This document shows, in pieces, positions 12,678 through 41,167 of a stretch of DNA of 64,000 nucleotides. Made by a program: the position numbers and the translations under genes. How positions within the stretch are numbered: position 1 is the first letter of the stretch; every line of letters begins with the position of its first letter. Origin of the DNA: Amoebidium appalachense (lineage: Eukaryota > Protista > Ichthyosporea); the NCBI GenBank assembly GCA_963693365.1, contig CAVNZM010000006.1:6861264-6925263 (forward strand), given 5' to 3'. Below the pieces are notes generated by a model, which had not been told where the DNA came from, did no database searches, and was given only the letters and a program-made list of their open reading frames with translations.

Positions 12678-15546
12678 GCGCATGCGCAACTCGACGCACT
12701 CAACTGCCCATACTCAAACACAGACGCACATACACCGTTTTGGCAATGGCCACCCACACAGCTCACCTGCCTACCCCCCTCCTGGGACCTGCCCCCCCCC
12801 CCCCCCCCCCCCCCCCTCCCCCCTCCCCCCCCCCAACACCCACCCACCCTCCTTCGCCTAACATATATACACACATACGCACAGACACCCAGGTAAATCG
12901 GAAGCACGAACACAAACACACACACACAATTTGAGGCGTGCATGTTTGCGTACGTGCGCACACGTACACACAAAAGCCCTCATTCACGTCAGCACACATA
13001 TGCGTGCAAGCACATGAGCCACACACACACACACCAGCACCATGGTCATATTCGGGGTGCTTACACAGCCGAAGCAGCAGAGGGCAGTCTTGAAGCCGTA
13101 GATTGTTGCTGTGGTGGTGGTGCCATGGGACATGACCAGCTCGATGCTGCGGAAGCAGTTGATGGGGACGGGCAGGTAGCTGACTGTGTCCTGTGCCTGT
13201 GCCTGCACCGTGATGTTGCGTGTGTTGACCGGCGTGCTGACCTGCTCGATGTGTGTCTCTGAGAGTGCACAGGGATTGTGAGTCCGAGCAAACAGAATAA
13301 ATTCCCTGTTGCACCAACAACCCACCAGCTGTTGAGCCCATGCCCCCCCCCCCCCCCCCCCCCCCCCCCCAAACACAGTGGCCACAATCACACCCCTTTC
13401 CCTAACCCCCCACCCACCTCCACCTTACGCATGCACACATGCTATCGGCAATTATTCAACCCTGCCCTTCCTCCCCCCCCCCCCCCCTCCCCCCCTCGTC
13501 CCCTGCCCCTGCCCGCCCACGTGCACTGGGGTCGTACGTCTGTCAATGTCGCTCAAACGTGAACTCGCAAGCCTAATGAACGAAAAAACGTTGGCAGGGT
13601 TTTGGGCTTCCTATACTTGACAAGACTCGCGAAATCTAAGAGTCATATGCAAAGGCATGCATGTGTGGATGTTTCTGTTTCTACGCACGTCTTTTCGTTT
13701 CAGGGGTCATGATGGCAAACACAAGCTAGTTTATCTAAACCCCCCTCCCCCCCCGGCCCTCAGAACCTCCGAGCACCAGCATCAAGCGGGCCCACCCTAC
13801 CACCAATCCACCAAAAAAAAAAACATTAACTTGCACATACAAAAGATTGGGCTTGAAGGTGACAGACCAAGTCAAGCATTCGGTGATAACGTGCTGGTTG
13901 GCAGACAGTCGGCGAGGAGAATTGCACATTATGTAGAGCTTTCTATGCAGACTTGTGCTCCTTACGTGCAAATCACTCTGCCCTCTATCTTTGGCTGGTG
14001 GAGATAGCGGCTAATCATGCATGGGTGGGGGAGGGGGTGGAAGCTGGGGAGACGGGGGGGAGGGGGGAGGGGGGAGGGGGAAGGGGAGGGGGAGGGGGAG
14101 GGGGAAGGGGTGGGGAAAGGGGGGAGAGGGGAAAATATATAGTCAAGGTGTGCGCCGTAGTATTAGACACTTTTGTGCAGAAGACGCACCTTCGTGTGCA
14201 TCAGCGGTGAGGACCAGCAAACGGTTGGAGGTCAGCAGCAGTCTACCCTGGGTCATGGTGCGCACTAGCGGAGGACTACGGGGGAACCCAGTGGAATCCA
14301 GATACTCGATGCGGATGGACCAATAGGGCAGCATCTGACTGCCCATGGCCATGCCCATGGATGGGGTGTTAGAGCCCAGCACGTAACTGGACAAGCAAAC
14401 ACAACAGTTTCTGGGTGGCCAACTATAAAAGTACCAAGCGTAATGCACACTGTTGAACCTACCCACCCAGCAGGACTCGTTCTGTGGGATAAAGGAAGGA
14501 GCGGATCAGATCCTCGTATGTCCAGTTGCCCCCCTTGTTGGCCCGGAACCCCTTCAGGTTGGCCTCTGCAACGTCCGCACTGGCCTGCTGCACCTGCACC
14601 CACCCGGCCAAGAATATGTTAGCACGTGCCGTGTCTTGGATGCAAGGTGAGTGCGTAGCATGCATGGGCACTGAGTTGGTGCAGTAGCACATACTCCACC
14701 GGGGAAGCACTCAGACTGTGCACTACAGTTGAGCAAACACCGACTCTGAACTGTTGTATGTAGACATAGATTTTGATGTTTCACACACCCTGCAGCCAAG
14801 CAGCGATGCCTTTTCCCTTTTGCCAAGTATGCTATGTGCTTTTTCGTCACATGAAACATCGTTTGGGTAGGGGCTCGTATTTAACGCTGTCACACTGTCT
14901 ACTTGCCATGCGAACTTTGCTGGTTCTGCTAACTGAGTTCCCTTGCAAGATCTGCAAATGTTTGGGTTTCCTTCTGGCATGATTGAAGATTCATTGAATG
15001 TGGCTTATGTCACGGTTGCTTATGCAAGATGCAATACAGAAGAAACAGACCGTGCCACGTTCAAGTTGTCGGAAGAAAATGTTATCTTCCAACGGTTTTC
15101 TTCACGGTGCCTTACCTTCTTGAAAGCCTTTTTCTCCTTTTTCTCTGTCTGCATGTGCTGATAGAGCGCACGGCCATGCTGGTCAAGGTGGTCCTCGAAG
15201 CTGGCGGCTGCTTAAAAAACGTCAGAAAAAGCCATAAAACGAGAGTCTCAGATATAATCCTTGCGTGTCACGGAGAAAAGCCTTGCTCATTTGTGGATGA
15301 AGCAAACATGATGGTGTTCAGATGGTGGAGCATATACAACGTTAGCACCTGCTTGCTAGCATCACCCCAGCTGTGAGATTGAACACACACACACAACAAT
15401 AAGCAAGCAAAAGCATTTTTACCCTGCCAAGGTGGTGTCAACAGCCAATAGAGAAAATGCTACTCACACATGCTTAGAGCATCCTGTGTTCTTGTCATCT
15501 CAATTGGCCCAGGAGCCACTGGCTGAGATTGACTGCGGGCGGCCAT
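11001..15546 (-). CDS. Uncharacterised protein of about 7 coding exons, with a possible PH/GRAM-like core and a Pro/Ser-rich tail
   Basis: Exons at about 15546-15468, 15210-15116, 14593-14463, 14388-14190, 13258-13065, 12319-12191 and 11396-11001 join in phase: MAARSQ...SFEDHLDQHG...YEDLIRSFLYPTERVLL...QGRLLLTSNRLLVL...CCFGCCPR...LVFGVLMPPWG...ALICDFISVFQ. GxLxLTxxRL is GRAM/PH-like. Confidence 0.7.
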
Positions 15547-17763
15547 CACGGTGTAGATCTCAATGAGACTGACCAAGATCTGCCGGCAGATGCAGGGGAG
15601 ATTGAGGTGAATCAGCCCAGCACACTCTTTTTTTCGTACATTTCACAGTGTTTCGCGTGCTTTGGCTCTAGGTGCTGCTGGTCAGCCCTCTCTAGACCAA
15701 ACCCTTTTATTATAGCCGAGTCAAGTGACTCCATGGCAAGAGTCTAAAGTGGGATAACATTATAAAACCTAGCTTAGGGCAGCCCACAGCATTCCCGTTA
15801 CGCAAGCAGAAGAAGTTCAAAAGAACAAACAGCCTTTTAATCGAAGGTAAACTATGCCGGTGAAGCACTTGGACTCACCAGCTCTTAGACTCTGTCAGTA
15901 TCCCACTTGCTTTTCTGCAACGAATACCACAACTAATTGTGGCTCATCTGAGAACCTGGAAGTGCTGGCTTCTAAATCTGAACCAAATCAAGAGAAATGG
16001 CTTTGGTTTGGGCTCCAGGCGTCGAAGGGAAAGCTCATTTAGCTGTTAGCTGAAACTAAGATGGACCGTCGCCCAGCAACAAGAAAGCAGCAGTTTCTGA
16101 GATCTGTGCGACCAACTTAGAAATGGGAAGCACATGCGTGCTCTGTTCACCAGCACCTTTTGTGTTGAGCACTGGGCGATGATGTGTGCTGGACATCAGT
16201 TTTCTGTATGTTGTGCGTGTGTCTACGAGTAAGCACGAGATAACGAGAAGCAATAATATAACGCATTTTTTCAAGTGCTGTTGCTCATTTATACTGAGAA
16301 GGTGCGGCTAGCGCTCGGCCTGGGTGAGCGAAAACAGTCGACACGAAAGTTCGGCCCGACGGATCCAACAAAAATCACAAAACAAAACAAGCCGCCAAAA
16401 GGATCGCATTCATATCAATTTTTTTTCTTTCATACATCTCTGTTCCCAGCCGGGGTTTACACAATATTTATTCGGTCTCGGGTATTATACATGAAGACAT
16501 AAAGGTCTATTTATGATCTATATGTGTATTGGATATGCGTTTGGTCATGTATAGGATATAAAACAGCAACGTTTAGCCCACGGAACGGAGAGTCCAGGGG
16601 GATGTGCGTGTATCATAGATGAAATATGCTTCGGCATAATTTTTTCACCTAAAGGCCTCGCTGATTGAGCCAAAACCCACGCGTGCTGCCTTCGACACGG
16701 CATCATGCAAGCACCTTCAGGTCTCCCCTGCATCGCAGATGTGCTATATAAACAATATAATACATGTGAGATATCTGAAAATTAATTGATATTTGTAACT
16801 AGGAATTTTTATTTTTATTTTCATTTTTACGACAAGCACGAGACAACAGCTTGGGCCTCATCGGATTATGTAGCCTTCAGCTTCATCGATGGCTCACAAA
16901 ATAATATAATATGATTGGCTAACAATCACATCATTTGTATGCCGAGGTTCAAGAGCAAAGAGAAATCACTTTGATTGGCGTTTAGAAATACTCACATCAA
17001 GGTGCGGTCTAGGGTGACTGTCGAGATCCTCACTTTTTCTCTCGCTGGCGACTCGTCAGTGTCACAGTCAAGAAACTGAACGTACAACTTGAAGGCCGTT
17101 GCTGGGCCTCGCTAGACGAGAAGGGTGAGGAGATTAAGATCAGTAAAAGGTTCCCTCACAAACTCTAATGTGCATGAGCCCCTGGTTTGCCAGTCCGGCC
17201 AAGTGTACCTGTAGGTTTACGAGTGTGTACCAGCATCGTTCAGTAGTTGAGTTGTATATGGAGACTTTGGACGGCGGACAAGATTTAGGCATCAGGTTGA
17301 AAAGATTGGTGTCTCAAAAGCATTCAATCTGGTGCAGCCGAGTAGGTCGACACCGCTGCAGTAGGCTGCATAACACACGATACCGAATACAGGTGCGTTC
17401 AAGTGGGTTGCTCTGCTACACAATCTGTTAGAGAATTCGACCACAGGGCACCTAGCGCCAGAGAGGCATGACCGTAGGCTCACTAGCTAGACAGGTGTGT
17501 GACGGCAATTTTCGAACGTTCCAGAAGCGACTGACGAGCATGCTTTGAAAAGATGCAGAGCTAAACCGTAAGGGTTGTTGGGGAGAGAGAATGGTGGGTG
17601 GGTGTTTGTACGTGGCCCACAGTGCAGGTTGTTGAGGCTGCTTCCTTGCATACTCGAAAATTTTCCCCTTCCAAAGTTGCGGCAGTCGTGACTAAATGCA
17701 GTGTGCAGAGCCTAGCTGGTCGTCAAAACCAGTTCAGACCCTGGACAGAGGGGCGTGGCAGCC

Positions 17764-31200
<13,437 letters not shown>

Positions 31201-33542
31201 CAGCCTGCCCACACACACCACACAACTTAGGAACCGAATGTATCAGCAACCCCCCCACCCCCCCCCCCCCCCCCCCCCCCACCCACCCCACCCTCCCCCC
31301 TTCCTTGCGGCGAAGACCTGGTTGCTTTTGAGTTTTTAAAGACATTCTTTCGCACGGTGCAGGCCACGAGCCTAGATTAGCACTAGGAGATACATAGGCA
31401 TGTCACAAGGCATCATTTTTTCAATTTGGGCAAAAGTGCCATATTCCTACTTTTTTGGTTGCACACACCTACAAGCACTAACACACGGCACTATGCAACT
31501 CAACATTTTCAACACGGTCTGCAGCCGGCGCACGCACCCAGACCCACAGACAAGCACACACCTGTACACATATGTAACTACACGGACGGACAGGCGCTTC
31601 TGCTCAAGCATTGGCACTTTAAATCTGCCTCCTCACAATCCCGCGCACAGTAGAAAATCCGCCGACTTTGTTTAAATAAGCTGCACAATTCCCAGCCAGC
31701 AAAACTAGCAGCCTGGCAGGCACGTAGCGGGGATTTGTGGCTTTTCCCTTGCATGGTTGGGTATGCGCGTATGTTGTGTGCTTGTTTTGCCAGCAGCTGT
31801 GATGTGCACGTGCACATGCGGAGCCCGCTTACTCTCTCTTGTTCCGGCATGGCTTCCATGCATGTTGATTGCAGGTAGCAGCATCTTTTTTTTTTACCTC
31901 AAAAAGATTTTGGGATATTTTTTTAATTCCTAGGTACACGACATTATGATGTAGTGTGATATTATATTGTAGCAATAGAGCCAAGCTCTTTATTGTGCCT
32001 GTGTTAGACCAGCAGGAACCACTTTGTAAACATTGCCGGCCCGGCTATTCCCGTGGACCGAGTTGCAATATGTAGCGCGCAGGCAGGCTACCATGGGCCT
32101 TGCATGTAAAAAATGACTGGCTGGGCCCAGCGTATTATAATTATAATATATCATGTTCATGATCAGTATCATGCATGCATGGCTGTGGCCCTTGCCCAGG
32201 TCGACTGGACGTACTTTTGTGTCATCATAGGTCATTAATTGATGGCCATCATAGTATGTGCACGCGCACCCCGGGCCCTTAGTATGAATTCATCCCGCTG
32301 GTTATTATTAGAGCTGTTTCGGAATCTTGTGATTGTCTCCCCTCGATGATTTTTCACAACTGTTTACCCTTTCATAAATGTGAGCTTGTCTGTCATTGTC
32401 TTTGCTAAAGCCAAGAGCCGGCCGGCCGGGGTCCGAAAGAGTTATGTTTTCATGATCCACACGACCGTAGGGCTTGCTTTTTTGATACGAACGAACGAGA
32501 TAAATAAATCACAGATAGCCCAAGGAATAGAAGAATATCGTTATAGCCGTAGTATTTGATTTGAACCAGGCCGAATATTACTCGAAATCTCGGATTCGGA
32601 GTATATAACGAATTATGTAACTAACTGCGGACGTCTTGTAGGTGTAGCTATACGAAGCAGAAGCCTTAGACATTTGGTGGTATTGCATCTTTATCCCGAG
32701 ATATCTAGATCTGTGTAATTTTATCCAATCAAGACATCTATAGAGTACTTTGCATGCGCGCTGCACTGTGACTGGCGAGGCAACCTAAAAAGGCATCTAC
32801 GATTTAGCCAGATATCCAAAGATGTATGATAATCGATTACATTATCTGCTTGGTGACTGCTATATTAGCAGTGTTGGAAAATCCGATATTACGCCCAAGC
32901 CCCAATGTTCACAAGTCACAAGTTCACAACAAAAGGCTTCGGCCAAATTGGCTTTGTCCGAGAGGAAGTCTAGGGGGATTGTGCGGGCAAAGAGCAGCCA
33001 ATCAGATGTGTTTCGCTATCACCGTCATCCCGACTTATACCATATATGGTAAATACTCATTTGAGTTTGTGAGTTCCTATTGGCTGCTTTTTAACCGTCA
33101 CATTCCAATGCGTCCCCCTGATGACAAAGCGAGTCTTCCGATGACCCAACTGCAAACGTTGTGCTTGTCACGAAGTTTTTTTCAGCATTCGACTCTATAG
33201 CCTTGCTAGAGATATTGTCATATTCTGATCAATGAAACAAAAGACGTTTGTTTTGTTATTTGGTCAATGAAACAAAAGACGAATGCAGGATAGCCAGCAA
33301 ATAGAGCATACACACCTGAATGCTATTCGCAGTGAAGAGTATGTATAGGCGTTCCATCCGTAGCTTTGTGTTTGCTAGTTCTACTTGAGTTGTCACAGAA
33401 CTCAAACCTTGTAGGCTAGGCCTGGGCATCGCACCTTCATAATTAGCCGAGCAGCCTGCAAAAATAACTTCATACGCATTCTTCCGTTCATCTACCACAC
33501 AACACAGAAGAGCCGTTGCCCTATGGTGGCCACCACACAGGT

Positions 33543-34779
33543 ATGGCTCTGTCAGCTTTGTACTGCATCGCCTTCCTGTTGCACTTGGGCCAGCAAAGCA
33601 GTGTTTCCAAAACAATGGACCACTCGCGGTTTTGCAAGAATGACGGTAATGGTTGGGTATTGGTAGGAAGAGATGTAAACAGGTGGGGTGGGGTGCTTGT
33701 GTGAGGGAGGAATGGGAGGGAGGGGGGGGGGGGGGGGGGGAAGGGGGCGGAGGGGGGGGGAGGGGGGAGAGAGACGGGGGGGGGTGGGGCCGGGGGGAAG
33801 GGGAGGGGGGTGAGAGAGGGGGGGGGGGGTGAGGGGGAGGAGGGGGACGGGGAGGGGGGGGGGACGGGGGAGCTGGGACGCGATCGTGTGTGCATTATGT
33901 GGTGGCCTAAAACACAATCGGCCGTTGGGTCGTGTGTTTGGTGCTTGCTGTTAAGCGACGGGTAAAATGGCCCTCTTCAACACACTGGTGCCCAGGCAAC
34001 CCCAACCCAATGATGGAGGGGCGGCATGCAAGATCAGTGCCCGATTGAAGCGTATTTCCCAGTGCACACAACCACTATGGAATGGGTTCGATGACTTCGA
34101 GGTTCTTATCGGAAGAATTTTGAGATGGTGGTGTTGCGGCAAAGTGGAGCAGGCACCTGGACTCCTGCACCTGCTTAGACAAGCACATAAATAGCAATGG
34201 AGGCAAACACACACGTACGCAAAGGCAAGGGCATATCTAGCACACATCCCATTCCACGGAGTTCGATCACACACACAGGCCGGCGTAAGTGTCTGCATCG
34301 GTACATACGCACCCAAGATTGCTCACACGAAATAATAATCAGCGGGCACACGTCAGAAACAGGAGGTTCAGCAAATACGTTCACTCGGTACACTCACATG
34401 AGCTGGCAATCACATCGCCAAACCCACACACACTTACACGCACACATGCACTCACGCACAAGCTACTTGACATCTACACCACCCACAAGCATGGCACTTT
34501 TATACACACAAGCATATATATACAAATAATATGGCATCACGTGACACTAAAACGAGCACACACGCGCTTACGCCTATGGGACTCCCGAACACGCGCGAAC
34601 AAAAACTTATCGCACTCAGGAATTTACACATACCGCACACAGGCATGCACACAAGCACCCACGCGCGCACACAACCACACAACACACACACACACACACT
34701 AAACACACGCTCACCCACGCACACGTGCGCACACACACGCACATGCACGCGCACATGCACACACACACGCGCGCGCGTG

Positions 34780-34817
<38 letters not shown>

Positions 34818-35428
34818 TACCAAATACACACACGCACAAACAGATACACGCATGCGAGCTCACACACAGACACACGCACACACACACACACAGACACACA
34901 TTCATGCCGACGAATCCAAAGGACACCCACCCGACATAAACATTCTAGATCACACCAACACTCTTTTGGATCTAGCTCACATATACACTACCCATGGCCT
35001 ATTTGAATTTCCTTGGTGTATGCCTAATGGGATTCTACCCAGCAAACAGCGATTAGCAAAATCTAAAAAGTTGTTAGTTTGCAAAATTTGAAAAGTTGTT
35101 AGCTTTCAAAAATTACAAAAGTTGCTAGTTTGCATGTGTCAGCCCTTCATGGGGTGTTTACATCGTTCCTTTGTATCGGGTTTGCTCACTTCACTTCCCA
35201 CCCTTTCCCATCATGGGGTCCCCTTCCCCTTGCTTTTGGTTAGACATGTCAGTGTCAAACAGACACACCCATATGCACACATACACACCCATACCCACAT
35301 ACACTCCCACGTGCAGACACACACTCGTAAACATGTGCAGCGCCCTCTCACACGGATATCGATGCAAACACGTGCACACGAACCCCAATCCACACAAACA
35401 TTCTGGCACGTGCACACGATCACACGCT

Positions 35429-35500
<72 letters not shown>

Positions 35501-35536
35501 CGAACACACACACAAGCGAACACACACACCCAAGCG

Positions 35537-35584
<48 letters not shown>

Positions 35585-36175
35585 CACACGCACACACACA
35601 CACACATACAGTCATGCACACCGTCATTCTCCACCGAAGACAGAATGCCGACATTGCACCTACAGACCCCCCCAATGCCCCAACGAACCCACCAACCCCA
35701 ACAGACACAGCTGTCGTCACAGGCATGTCCCCCCCCCCCCCTCTCTAACCCCACACCTCCCCCCCCCCCTCTCTCTCCACCCCCCCCCCCCCCCCCTCCT
35801 GCCATACATGTATCAACGGCGCCCCCTCCATGCCCCTCTCCCTTCTCCCTCTAACCCCAAACACATGGTTAATTAAGAAGACCCCGTGGTTGCTGCTTTT
35901 TGGTGTTTCTAACCCTGTTTAGGTGTAGCACAACAATTCCTTTTATGGGTGTTTACGACATATTGTTGCGCACACACCTTCTTGGCTTAGTTCTTTTGCA
36001 AAGACACACACCCCACCAAACTTTCGGCATTTCTTCTAGAACACAGAAACACGTGCATTTCCTTCGCCACCAATCCAATTCACCCTATGCCAGCATATTC
36101 CCCCACACTCTGCCTGCCCATTGGACTCCACACACCCAACAGCACTCTCACACTCACACTTCCAATGCACCCCGC

Positions 36176-36274
<99 letters not shown>

Positions 36275-36398
36275 GTGGCTTCTTCTGGATGCACATTTAT
36301 TGGGAACTCGGAGACATCGAATTTGTGTATATATTTGGTCTTTCTGGGTTGTCATGTCCTAGCTTCCATGTTTCCCACCCACCATGTGCATACATCCC

Positions 36399-36435
<37 letters not shown>

Positions 36436-37553
36436 ATCCCCCCACTCCTACCCACTCCTTCCCTATTCCCCCTCCCCCTCTCCCCCACACGACCACGCAC
36501 CTACCCGGGCCTTCCTCCCCCAACACCACCACCACCAACACCAGTGGTGTTTGTTCAGGAATACTGTGTTAGAAGCAACAACATCTTTCTTTTGAATGGC
36601 TTTGTCACCAACAAGACACCCCCCCCCCCCCTCAGCAGAGATCAGTGATATGTCACCCAGTGCTGGGGCCATTACGGGCATAGTGCTGGGAGTCACATGT
36701 GGCCTACTGGTGGCTGTGTGTCTGCTGTGGACGTGCTGGAGTCACTACAAAGGGTGGGTCGGGTGGAGAAGGTGGGGGGGGAGGGGGGGGGGGGTAAGGG
36801 AGTGTAGAAGGGGAGAGGGGGGTGAGGGAGGGGGGGAGGGGAGGATGAGACTGTAAGTGGAGGGTGGGTGAAGGTGTTAGAGTGTGGGGAGATGGGCGTG
36901 TAAATGTGCGAGGAAGGTGTTTGGGAGGATGGGTAGGTGGACATGAAGAGGGGAAGGCTGGGCAACTGGTTGCAGATTAACCTGTTCAGTTCCGTAAATC
37001 TCACGAGATCGACATCGAGTTAGCCGGAACCGGCATCAGCAAGTTTGTGCCCTAATGTGAGCATGAAGTTGATAAGAACCAGTCAAATAAAAGCTGCACG
37101 AAAGTAAAATATACAGTTTTCTTTCGTATTATGCAAAAAAACACTGAAATTTATTCTAATAACGACACTATAGTATATGGTGCAACTACGAAGGGTGCTT
37201 GCCGGCTTGACGACATCCAAATGCTGTCAATGCCAACTTGTGATTGGACCAATATGAAATGGCAAAATATGATTGGTCGGCTCTGTCGACATTTGATGTC
37301 AGCTCCAACTTTTCTCCAAAATCTCGAAGGTGGCTTCAGAAACAGTTACAAAAGTATACGAAATAATGATATTTTGCCCAAACCAGCTTAGAAACATATG
37401 TAGGTAAGACACATACATGTCGATATTTACAATTTATTTGAGGTTTTTATAGTGATTTTGAGCGGCAATAGAGTTGTTTAGGTCCCAACCGGCAGTCGGT
37501 AGATTCATTTAGTCCGGTCCTCTAGAGGTTACGTGCTGAAAGGTGAAATCTGG

Positions 37554-37592
<39 letters not shown>

Positions 37593-37652
37593 TGTGTGTT
37601 TGTGTGTGTTCGTGTGTGTGGTCTGTGTGTGTGTGCGGGCGGGCGGGCGCGC

Positions 37653-37683
<31 letters not shown>

Positions 37684-38438
37684 TGTGCTTGTGTGTGGAA
37701 ATGTGACGTTCTGTGTGTGTAGTTGTGTGGCTGCCTGTATCATCTTGGTGTGTAGGCATTGTGGCACGATGGTGCATGTTAGCATTGTGTGTGTGTATGT
37801 GCGAATTAATTTGTGCATGCACGTGGCAGCCTTGCACGTTCAGTACTGGCTGGGTGGTGCAGAGAAGAGAAAGGCCAGGCAAGTGTGGCCCAGGGTGGGT
37901 GGCTGGAAGTGGGCGGCATGTTATGTTGATGGATGAATGGTGGGTGGGTTTGCCGTCTGGGTGAGGCAGCATCAGGAGGGGGTGGGGTGGGAAGGGGGGG
38001 GGGGGGGGAGGCAGGACCTCTATGAGGGGTTCACATGCTGACAGGTTTGGTGCAGGCCAAAGCAGAAGCCAAAGAGGTTGCTGGCCGTGCAGGCATCCTT
38101 CGTGCCCACCCTCACTAACATGCTGGTGGGTGATTGGTGCATGCTGATTGGTGCATGCTGATTGGTGCATGCTGATTGGTGCATGCTGATTGGTGCATGC
38201 TGATTGGTGCATGCTGGGGTGCCCACTACACAACCCCTCACCTCTTATTATGAAGGCTTTCCCGTTAGTTCCGTTGCATGTTGGGTCAGGGTTGCTGAGT
38301 GGACAGCAGATAGGCCATGTGTGGGGGTGGATGGCGAGTGCAATGCAGAGCATGAACATGTGTGTGTGTGTGAAGCCGGGGGAGGGAGGGCCCCCCTGCG
38401 GGGAGAGGGGGGAGAGGGGGGGGTGTGGGGGGGGAGGG

Positions 38439-38469
<31 letters not shown>

Positions 38470-39704
38470 GGGGAGGGGATACGTGCTAGTGATGGGGTGG
38501 GGGTACGTGTTAGATGGTGGTCTGGGTTGGCTAGTGGCTTGCCAAGGTTGCTGGCCTCCCTTCCATGGGGGTGTAAAAGGAGGAGGGCTATGTCTGTGCA
38601 TGTCTGACTGTGTGGCTTGACACAGGCCCACGTGAAACCGTGTGCTGTCGTGTCTGTTGTTGTGTCAACCTATGTGCCTGCATGCCCCCCCTCCCGCCCT
38701 CCCTTTCTCCCCACCCCCCACCCCACCCCCCACCCCTCTCTCACGTGTGTGTTGACAGGAACTGGCCAAAGACGATGAATACATCCCCCCAAACCTCAAA
38801 CGTAGGTGCCCTCCCCCCCCCCCTCCCCCCCCCTCCCGCCTTCCTCTTTAGATGTTCCAGTGAAGGTTCTCTGAGTTGGCTTTGCATGTGAGCTTATGGG
38901 TAGAAACGTAGGTTTTGTGGACATGGGCCCTCACTACCTATATGATGCATACTCTATGTATATGCAATTGTGTTGTCTGGCGTAAATGTGAACTTTGTAT
39001 GCTAACACATTGTAAACCCTGAATGGTGCCTGCCAAACGGTCATGCAAGGGGGTGGGGGGTGGGGGGTATTGCATCGTAGCTGTGTGGCTGTGTTGAGTG
39101 CACGTGTGTGTCAGTTTATGTTGTCCCTTTGCCTGTGTGTGCCTGGGCGAAGTAAGGGGGGGGGTGAGAATGTGAGAGCTACATATAGGTCGGCATTGTG
39201 GCCACAGCCCCTCTGTGGAATGCTGTGTGGTGAGGGGATTTACAGATAATGCTTGCCTTGGGGCAGGATACGAGCAGGGCCTGCCTGAGGGTCAACTTGA
39301 GTGTGGGGGATGGAGCAAGCAGGGCAGATACAGTCTCGTGGCCCCAAGTAGAACCCCCCCCCCCCCCCCCCTCCCTTCCTCCCCCTTCTTCCCAACCCCC
39401 TTGCCACCAACTAAGAAAAAGAAAGAAAAGAAAGGAGCAAAATGACACGAACAAAAGCAGAAAAGCAGATTTCTGTGTAGTTTTTGCTAGTCGTCAGGGT
39501 CTTGCAGGAAGTGGGTAGCATTGGGGGGCAACCAGAGGGCGTGCATATATGTGGGTGGGTAGGTGTTTGTGTTTGCCTAACAGAGAGATCAGGGAGTGAA
39601 GGGGCACTCGAGGTGTGCATGGGTAGATACAGCAGAATGTGGATGAGTGAAGGGAGCGGGGGGTGAGGGTTGAGTTGAGGGAGCATGGGGGCAAAAAAAA
39701 AAAA

Positions 39705-39752
<48 letters not shown>

Positions 39753-40153
39753 CTGGTTGCTTTTTTTCGTACATACGGGAGGTGGGGGACGGAAGGAAGA
39801 GGATGTGGAGCAAGTACGGGCGGAGATGAGAGGTGGGGGTTGCAGGGGGCCACACAGATATGTTGTGTGTGTGCTGAGGTGGTGTGCAGATGCGCAGCTG
39901 GCATGGGGCACCCTGGGCAATGCCAGTGCAAAGGTGGCATGCAAGGCCCCAATGCAGAGCACACGACAGAGGGGCAACATTGCAATGGAGGCCGTAAGTG
40001 GGGGCGGGGGGAAGGGGGGGGGGGGGGGGGGGGGGGGGGGGTGTGGGGGGAGGGGAGGGGGGTGGGGGGGGAGCAGAGAGAGACCATGTGCCTTTTACTC
40101 CTAGTAGATCTGCAATTGCCATTATGTTGGAGGGGGGTGGGGGGGGTGGGGGT

Positions 40154-40187
<34 letters not shown>

Positions 40188-40689
40188 GGCAGACTGTATC
40201 TAATGTACAACGGCCCCGTGCGACCTACTACACCTTCTTATTGATCCACTCACGATTCAATACATGGCCCACCTTGCACGATAGTATCGGGAGAGAGCTA
40301 GAATCCCCCCTACACCTATAGAAATAACGTAAACGCCACACCACACATGATAATTTACCAGTAAAACATTCGTGTTTGTGTATTCATACACTGTGGGCCT
40401 GATACAGGGCATGCATGAATGTGCGAGGGAACACTGTAGATGCTCGCACATGTTCATATGACGGTGCATGCACCTAACCCCAAGTACACACAGAGGATCC
40501 TGCTGGGGCTGAGGAGCAACCACATCGTGCATGCAGTGGGGTTGGCTCCAGACATGTTGGTGGTGGAGGCTATGCGGGATGGAGACATGCACAGTCTCAT
40601 TGCAAGGTGGGCACGTGCACAGAGGCACACACACGAGCGCGCGCAGGCATGCACACGCGCACACACACACACACACACACGCTCAGTCA

Positions 40690-40764
<75 letters not shown>

Positions 40765-41133
40765 GGTGCTGCATGCATGCACAAGTCCTCATACCCCCCT
40801 ACACCATGCAGCCACAACCCCTCTGCCTGCCAGTGCATGTGTCCTGCATTGCATTGTTGTATTCGCCCCCCCCTTCCCCCCAGACTCATTTAACCGCCAT
40901 GCACCAGACAAGTCACACAAGAGTCATCCTGCAGTGATGATATTTAGCAATGCAGTGGGCATTGGTGTGGGCTTATGCGGCATGTTTCGTGCACCGGAGA
41001 TGGCGTGGGGCTCGTGGGAACGGACACTGCATGCGTGACATACTCTGTGTTTCTATGCCCTTTCTATTCCCGCATTCCTTGTTGTCTACCTTTTTGCTTC
41101 GCACCGTTTGCCCCATCTAAGAACAATAACCCC

Positions 41134-41167
<34 letters not shown>

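Noticed and set aside
13510-13895. Candidate extra exons in the minus-strand unassigned gene
   Set aside because: They introduce stops or phase conflicts, and the flanking exons already join in phase without them.
17258-17455. Upstream ATG (METLDGG...) as the start of the bHLH gene
   Set aside because: The spliced frame stops in the next exon, so it is at best a uORF in a multi-exon 5' UTR.
37830-37893. Candidate juxtamembrane exon of the RTK
   Set aside because: Including it leads to a stop in the next exon when the 38046 acceptor is used. Skipping it gives a sensible basic juxtamembrane KGPKQKPKR.
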